This document shows positions 58,505 to 64,000 of a stretch of DNA of 64,000 bases, piece by piece (the stretch's first letter is position 1; every line of letters begins with the position of its first letter). This DNA is from Ignavibacteriales bacterium (GTDB lineage: Bacteria > Bacteroidota > Ignavibacteria > Ignavibacteriales > Ignavibacteriaceae), in contig PLLW01000046.1 in NCBI GenBank assembly GCA_003141435.1, forward strand, positions 3,577 through 67,576, written 5' to 3'. The notes beneath the pieces were generated by a model. The model did no database searches. It saw only the letters and a program-made list of their open reading frames with translations, and had not been told where the DNA came from. The translations under genes and the position numbers were made by a program.

Positions 58505-61081
58505 TCAGGTATTAATTCTCTTTTTAGAATAGGTTTTGACAACAGAAAACGTAAGCAAAAGCAATATAATTCCGGAAAGGCTCAGCACTAAATATTTGGA
58601 TACCATAAAACTTGTAGGGGCATATATAAACTCAACTTTGTGGGAGCCCGTGGGAATGACTATGCCCATGAATCCATGATTTGTTTTGTATATTTCCGTC
58701 TTATTGCCATCTACGAAGGCTTTCCACAATTCAGATTTGAATATTCCCGCAATGTGAATTCCCTTAGTCATATATGTATCTCCGAGGAAAAGAAAATTAT
58801 TGCCAGATGCGTTAACATCTAAGGTTATCAATTCATCCTTATAATCCGTAAACCGCACAAAGGTAGTAGAATCTGGTATGTCCACGTTTACTTTTTCTCT
58901 ATCCAGGTAAGCTATGTTTTTCGGGTCAAAACTGTTGGATTTCATCGCGGTCAATACATCAAAATCCTTTTTGTTTTCAACTTTATTTACAAAATAAGCT
59001 CGTTGTAAGGCAAGGTTATTCTTGTAAATATATTCTTTCTCGCTTTGATAAATCGGTTCAAATCCCGGAAGTTGGGCGGGCGAATTTGTTATAATATATT
59101 TAACATTAAGCATTCTCCATGCAGTTTCGTTTACAGGACCAACCACATCGATCAAATCCTGATATGAACGTGGTTTAACTCCTGAATATCCATAGAAATC
59201 TTCCATAAGAAAGTATGCGTTATAATTCGAATTATTGTTAAATGAGCCTAATGATCCATCCTGCTTTAAATTTAATATCCTGAAGGGTTCCTTATCGTTC
59301 TGCTTACGTATAACATTTACATAGTTCGGCATATCAAACAGGTTATTTACTTCCGGATTATCTATATATTTTGCTCCTCTTGCATCAATGCGCCACAGAT
59401 CAAACGTAATTAATATAATTAAAGTAAAAACATAAAAATCACGGCTGAGCTTAGAGTTTAGATATAGGAGCGCTCCCCAGCAGGCTGCTGCCAGAATTAC
59501 AAAGGCAATTATTAAATCCATGGTGAACATTCCTGCTGCATAATCAGCCAGGGCTGTATACTGCTGTGCTAATTGTGGCTTTGATTTCTGGATTATGGAG
59601 GCATAAGAAGTCACTCTTTCAGTGAACCACCCTATTAAAGCATCATTAAATAATAATGATAGAACAAAAATGCCTGTAAATGCGAATGCTAACCATTTTA
59701 TTACTTTTGTTAACTTTGCTTTCTTTTCATCTTTTGCCTGAATTATTTTCATTACTCCCAAACCAGCGAGAATTGGAAAATTCATCTGTACAATTACCAA
59801 AATCATTGAGGGAACTCTGAATTTATCAAAAGAAGGGAGATGGTAAAAGAGAAGGTCAAATAAAACCGGGAAATTCTTCCCAAAAGAAATTAGTAGTGCT
59901 ATACCAGTTAGTATTCCAAGGAATTGTACAAAGGGATCCTTCCAGAGTGTAAAGACAGCAAAAAGTCCCAGGAAGAATACCAGCACACCCATGTACATTG
60001 CGACATCAACAAAAGGCATTTGTCCAAAATATGTATTTACATCAACTTCCTGATTATTTGTGAGAGGACCTTTATATGTTGAATTTCCGAATCCGAAGTA
60101 TGATGGGACAATAAATGTCATTACTTCCTGTGGGGAGAATGACCAGTTTGTATGATATTCATAATAATCGGAATTCGACTGTTCTTCCTTACCGGTGGAA
60201 GATTCGATAATACCCTTTGGTCCGCGTGTTGAATATTGAGTATATTCATAAACCTGGGTCAAACTATCGGATTGAATTATTAACGCTATTACCGCTGCAC
60301 CAAAAGTAACAACTAGTGATTTTAATAACCCCGTCAACTCTTCTTTTTCTTTTTTTATAAGGAAATGGAAGAAATAAAATATATAATATATCGAGACCGC
60401 AAAAATTGTATAGAAAATAATCTGGGCATGGAAACCCTGTATGAATAGTTGTAATGCGACAACCAGGATGAGGAAATCAAGTAGCCGTATTTTTTTCTGG
60501 AATCTAAGGAGCATTAAAAAAATCAGGGGATAAAAAGCAAGGGAAGTAAGTTTTGTTATATGGCCAATATATAAAAAAACTATAATGCCCGTACTGAATG
60601 ATGAGGCAATACCGGTCAGCAGACTTACAAGTGTATTTCTTGTAAGTTGCTTCATTAGCATGAAAGACGATATACCCAAAACCATAAGATATATTGCCCA
60701 TATTGCGTATTCAACTGAGAATAATGAGCCTAAGATAGAAAGAATCCCTCCGAACACAACGTAAATTAAATTAAACCACAAATAACCTGTTCCAAGAGCA
60801 TATGCAGGCATTCCACAAAATATAAGAGGATTCCACAAGGTAAAACCATCTTTGTGATTGTCTATATAAGGTACCATGCTTCTGCTGGCAAGGATATCGC
60901 CCGATTGGAAAGTCTTGCCCCCAAAAAACATTGGGGAGAGGAATACAAGGAATAAAAGAAGAATAATCAGGATAGAAGATAGCAGATGAAATTTCGGTGG
61001 TATTATATTATCTAGGCTAAACTTGGTTAAACCTGTTTCAGTTTCTTTCTTTTCTGTCCTGGTTTTGGTATACTTTGCCAT
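58505..61081 (-). CDS. YfhO-family membrane protein (GT-C-like glycosyltransferase)
   Basis: 858 aa. The N-terminal GDILASRSMVPY...WNPLIFCGMPA segment, multiple TMs, a large extracytoplasmic domain and a terminal TM are typical of YfhO. Confidence 0.7.
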   Translation of the reverse strand: MAKYTKTRTEKKETETGLTKFSLDNIIPPKFHLLSSILIILLLFLVFLSPMFFGGKTFQSGDILASRSMVPYIDNHKDGFTLWNPLIFCGMPAYALGTGYLWFNLIYVVFGGILSILGSLFSVEYAIWAIYLMVLGISSFMLMKQLTRNTLVSLLTGIASSFSTGIIVFLYIGHITKLTSLAFYPLIFLMLLRFQKKIRLLDFLILVVALQLFIQGFHAQIIFYTIFAVSIYYIFYFFHFLIKKEKEELTGLLKSLVVTFGAAVIALIIQSDSLTQVYEYTQYSTRGPKGIIESSTGKEEQSNSDYYEYHTNWSFSPQEVMTFIVPSYFGFGNSTYKGPLTNNQEVDVNTYFGQMPFVDVAMYMGVLVFFLGLFAVFTLWKDPFVQFLGILTGIALLISFGKNFPVLFDLLFYHLPSFDKFRVPSMILVIVQMNFPILAGLGVMKIIQAKDEKKAKLTKVIKWLAFAFTGIFVLSLLFNDALIGWFTERVTSYASIIQKSKPQLAQQYTALADYAAGMFTMDLIIAFVILAAACWGALLYLNSKLSRDFYVFTLIILITFDLWRIDARGAKYIDNPEVNNLFDMPNYVNVIRKQNDKEPFRILNLKQDGSLGSFNNNSNYNAYFLMEDFYGYSGVKPRSYQDLIDVVGPVNETAWRMLNVKYIITNSPAQLPGFEPIYQSEKEYIYKNNLALQRAYFVNKVENKKDFDVLTAMKSNSFDPKNIAYLDREKVNVDIPDSTTFVRFTDYKDELITLDVNASGNNFLFLGDTYMTKGIHIAGIFKSELWKAFVDGNKTEIYKTNHGFMGIVIPTGSHKVEFIYAPTSFMVSKYLVLSLSGIILLLLTFSVVKTYSKKRINT

Positions 61082-61097
61082 TTATTCTCCAAACAAC

Positions 61098-61907
61098 TTA
61101 TTTCTTTGCAATAAAATTAATTCCCGAACCCACCCTGTTTTTAGTTAGAAAATCCAAGTTCATCATAACCAGGGTGAATGGAAAAGTTACTAAATAATAA
61201 AAAGGTAATATGATGAAAAAAACTTTTGTAATATTCAACATAACCATTGGATATTTTATTCCAAGGCGCCATGCTTTGTCACCCCAGAAGCCGTATGTGT
61301 ATCTTGATCGGTAGGTGGAAAATCCTATGGGAACAAGCTTCAATTCAAGGTCTTCATTCGAATACCCGTCTCTTGCATGTTCACTTATAAAGCTTTCTTC
61401 TTTTTCATCGTGTACATCACTACCGCCGTAGATGGAGGGACTGTTAATCAGCATATATCCCCCTTTCTTTAAAGCATTATAAAAATTATGAAATACCTTT
61501 TTATCTTCTTCAATATGTTCCATTACGTCCACACATACGATCAGATCAAACTTATTTTGATGTTTAATTTCACATAAATCCTCAACTGCGAAACTAACAT
61601 TTGATATCTTTTGCTGGTTAAAGAATTTACTGCTATCGTTAATCCATTTTTCTTTTATATCAACAGAATAAACCGTGCAAGGCATCATATGCTTCGTAAT
61701 GAAATAAGTATACTGCCCGTAGCCCGAACCGGCATCATAAATTGATATCTCTTTTTTACCGAATACATTTCTTATTCTGAGGAGCTCTCTTCTTACATAC
61801 CAGGACCTTAAAAACATTAAATCGAGCAGTTTATAAAAGAAAACTCTGAGAAAGGGGAACTTCCTGAGGATAGACGCAAAAATATCTTTAATCGGATCGT
61901 AATGCAT
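61098..61907 (-). CDS. Class I SAM-dependent methyltransferase with a hydrophobic C-terminal tail
   Basis: ISIYDAGSGYGQYT motif I and FDLIVCVDVMEHI. The last 50 aa or so are hydrophobic (VFFIILPFYYLVTFPFTLVMM). Confidence 0.75.
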   Translation of the reverse strand: MHYDPIKDIFASILRKFPFLRVFFYKLLDLMFLRSWYVRRELLRIRNVFGKKEISIYDAGSGYGQYTYFITKHMMPCTVYSVDIKEKWINDSSKFFNQQKISNVSFAVEDLCEIKHQNKFDLIVCVDVMEHIEEDKKVFHNFYNALKKGGYMLINSPSIYGGSDVHDEKEESFISEHARDGYSNEDLELKLVPIGFSTYRSRYTYGFWGDKAWRLGIKYPMVMLNITKVFFIILPFYYLVTFPFTLVMMNLDFLTKNRVGSGINFIAKK

Positions 61908-61922
61908 TATTAAAAGGATTCT

Positions 61923-63026
61923 TTATCCTTTATCCTTAATAATATATTCCTTTTCATCCATCGTATTATGTACCACCATTTCGCCTAATAATCCGAAGGA
62001 GAAAAACTGTACTCCTACAATAATCAATAGCATACCCAGGAAAAGCATAGGGCGATTGCTTAATGCCTGATGTTTAAATTCCCATTCATATGCTAGGTAA
62101 CCATTTACGACGAGACCTATTAAAAAGGCGAGAGCTCCGAAGAATCCAAAAAAATGCATTGGGCGCTTGATGTACCTTGTTGAAAAAAGGACTGTTACTA
62201 AGTCTATAAATCCTTTAAAGAACCGGCTTATGCCAAATTTTGTTTTACCATATCTTCTTGCATGGTGAGTAACTGGTATTTCGGCAACAGTGAATCCATT
62301 CCAATCGGCAAGGACAGGCATGTATCTGTGCAATTCCCCATAAACTTTTATACTTTGAGTTACTTCAACCCGGTATGCTTTCAGACCGCAGTTAAAATCA
62401 TGGATTTTTATTCCGCTCATAACCCTGGTAATATAATTAAAGAAGCGGGAAGAATATCTTTTTATAAAAGGATCGAATCTTTTCTTTTTCCATCCGGAAA
62501 CAAGATCATTCCCCTCCTGAAGTTTCTTTAAAAGATTTCCAATTTCATTTGGATCGTCCTGGAGGTCTGCATCCATGGTAACAACAACATCTCCGGTCAC
62601 TTGTTTAAAACCAACATGTAAGGCGGCAGATTTGCCATAATTTTTTCTAAAGCTTATGTACCTGAATCGTCTGTCCTGTTTACATATATCTTTAATTACT
62701 TTCAATGAGCCGTCAGTACTGCCATCATCAACAAAAATCACTTCATAATTTATGTTTAATGGTTTTACAGCTTTTCTAATCTCATTTGCCAGTGGATTTA
62801 ATGATTCTTCTTCATTAAGGAGGGGTATTACGACGGATAATTTATTAAAAGAAAGTCTTTCCTCCGAACCGGACTGTGGAGTTTTATGGAAATATCTTTT
62901 TCTTTTGTTGTATAAATTTCTGCGGTAATAATTTTTACTCTCGGATCTTTCTGGGCTGCCCGGTTTTTGTTCATTTACAGCATCACCTTGCGCAATTATG
63001 ATGTCTTTTTTAGGGTTTTCTTCCAA
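61923..63026 (-). CDS. GT2 polyprenyl-phosphate glycosyltransferase (GtrB/ArnC/DPM1-like) with two C-terminal TMs and a basic N-terminal extension
   Basis: LSVVIPLLNEEESL, VIFVDDGSTDGS and TMDADLQDDP motifs with C-terminal TM helices. The only usable start I found is the TTG at 63026, which gives a Lys/Arg-rich leader of about 60 aa. Confidence 0.8.
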   Translation of the reverse strand: MEENPKKDIIIAQGDAVNEQKPGSPERSESKNYYRRNLYNKRKRYFHKTPQSGSEERLSFNKLSVVIPLLNEEESLNPLANEIRKAVKPLNINYEVIFVDDGSTDGSLKVIKDICKQDRRFRYISFRKNYGKSAALHVGFKQVTGDVVVTMDADLQDDPNEIGNLLKKLQEGNDLVSGWKKKRFDPFIKRYSSRFFNYITRVMSGIKIHDFNCGLKAYRVEVTQSIKVYGELHRYMPVLADWNGFTVAEIPVTHHARRYGKTKFGISRFFKGFIDLVTVLFSTRYIKRPMHFFGFFGALAFLIGLVVNGYLAYEWEFKHQALSNRPMLFLGMLLIIVGVQFFSFGLLGEMVVHNTMDEKEYIIKDKG

Positions 63027-63187
63027 TTATAATCCAGAATAATTAAAAATAAATTCTAAATTAACTTAATAAATAGATAAAAACAATTTATTATAAACTC
63101 CTATAACTATATATATACAGACAGCTAAATTTATATCTATATTCGAAACTTTATTAATATAACCTACAATAAGTTAGCACATGGGGT

Positions 63188-63275
63188 GAAACCGTTTTGA
63201 AATTGTTTTGAAACCGTTTTGAAATCGTTTTGAAATCGTTTTGAAATCGTTTTGAAATCGTTTTGAAATCGTATT
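63188..63275. repeat. Tandem repeat, 8 x 11 bp (consensus GAAATCGTTTT)
   Basis: Units read directly: gaaaccgtttt, gaaattgtttt, gaaaccgtttt, gaaatcgtttt x4, gaaatcgtatt. Lies in the divergent intergenic region between the GT2 gene (start 63026) and sufB (start 63398). Confidence 0.95.
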
Positions 63276-63397
63276 TAATTCAAATAAGATAAGGAATTAA
63301 GATATATGAATATGAATCTTGACTTTTTTGTATAGATTATATAACTTTAGTAATCTTTTAATGTAAAACATTAAAAAGCATTGATTTTGGAGAAATA

Positions 63398-64000
63398 ATG
63401 AGCAATACAGAAGTTACAACGATTGAAGAATTAGCAAACCGGGAATATAAATACGGTTTTGTTTCTGACATTGAAGCCGAAGCTTTTACAAAGGGCTTAA
63501 ATGAAGAAGTTGTCAGAAAATTATCAAAAATAAAAGATGAACCTGAATGGTTAATGGAGTGGAGGCTAAAGGCTTACCGTCATTGGCTGACGATGGAAGA
63601 ACCGCATTGGTCGAATGTCCATTATAATAAAATTGATTATCAAGATATAATATATTATTCCGCTCCTAAAAAGAAGCCAAAGCTGAACAGCCTTGATGAA
63701 GTTGATCCTGAAATGCTTGATACTTTTAAGAGGTTAGGCATTTCATTGGATGAACAAAAAAGGTTAAGCAATGTTGCTGTTGATGCTGTGTTCGATTCAG
63801 TCTCAGTTGCCACAACTTTCAAGGAAACATTAGCCGAACTCGGAATTATTTTCTGTTCTTTTTCCGAAGCAGTAAAGAACCATCCTGATTTGGTAAAGCA
63901 ATACCTTGGAACAGTAGTTCCTTCTACCGACAATTTTTTTGCAGCTCTGAATTCTGCTGTATTCAGCGATGGTTCCTTTGCATATATACCCAAGGGGGTA
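63398..64000 (+). CDS. sufB: Fe-S cluster assembly protein SufB (3' end beyond the window)
   Basis: [30 protein letters not shown]...[16 protein letters not shown] is the SufB N-terminus. The frame is open to the window end, so it is absent from the ORF track. Confidence 0.9.
   Translation, partial: MSNTEVTTIEELANREYKYGFVSDIEAEAFTKGLNEEVVRKLSKIKDEPEWLMEWRLKAYRHWLTMEEPHWSNVHYNKIDYQDIIYYSAPKKKPKLNSLDEVDPEMLDTFKRLGISLDEQKRLSNVAVDAVFDSVSVATTFKETLAELGIIFCSFSEAVKNHPDLVKQYLGTVVPSTDNFFAALNSAVFSDGSFAYIPKGV

Noticed and set aside
63188-63275. Possibility that the tandem array is a CRISPR array
   Set aside because: The units are only 11 bp and directly abutting, with no spacers. No cas genes are in the window. 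It is treated as a minisatellite or regulatory repeat instead.
63655-63993. 112-aa minus-strand ORF at the window end
   Set aside because: It lies antisense to the clear SufB reading frame that starts at 63398. The SufB N-terminal sequence is unmistakable.

Overview
AT-rich bacterial chromosomal window. Gene content suggests an anaerobic or facultative member of the Ignavibacteria/Bacteroidota-Chlorobiota group; this is inferred from content, not a database hit. I found no rRNA, tRNA, CRISPR array, transposase or integrase. Two paralogous TetR-TolC-MFP-RND efflux operons lie in inverted orientation (1-6024 plus strand, 31659-37848 minus strand) and bracket about 25 kb of mixed accessory genes. 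Between them lie several units. (i) A DUF134/TrmO-like/NifX-like trio, then an XRE-cupin regulator with pyruvoyl arginine decarboxylase. (ii) A sulfur and thiol-redox neighbourhood (9.7-20 kb). It holds a YeiH-type exporter, a small DUF6132-like protein, OsmC and a MerR regulator with a Cys-rich two-CW tail. It also holds a tightly coupled operon of an octaheme c-type cytochrome, a b-type cytochrome, a split YeeE/YedE sulfur transporter and a Cys-less rhodanese domain. An ECF sigma with a soluble ZAS-type anti-sigma, TlpA, DUF2892 and thioredoxin complete it. (iii) Secreted lipoproteins. (iv) A probable defence locus (23.3-28.9 kb). It has a single-chain PD-ExK nuclease/gamma-N6-methyltransferase/type-ISP-C enzyme with no motor ATPase, an AAA+/DUF4143 ATPase and an unknown basic protein. 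A diverged duplicate of the last 41 codons of the R-M gene sits just after the ATPase gene. The right half holds housekeeping genes (proS, ppa, U32 peptidase, pepT) and a roughly 16 kb surface-glycan locus. That locus contains FdtA-like isomerase, DegT aminotransferase, Gmd, a flippase, several glycosyltransferases, WecB, a GtrB-like GT2, a YfhO and an ArnT-like GT-C. The window ends in a partial sufB preceded by an 8 x 11-bp tandem repeat. All functional calls rest on motif and family recognition by eye from the supplied translations. None was verified by search.
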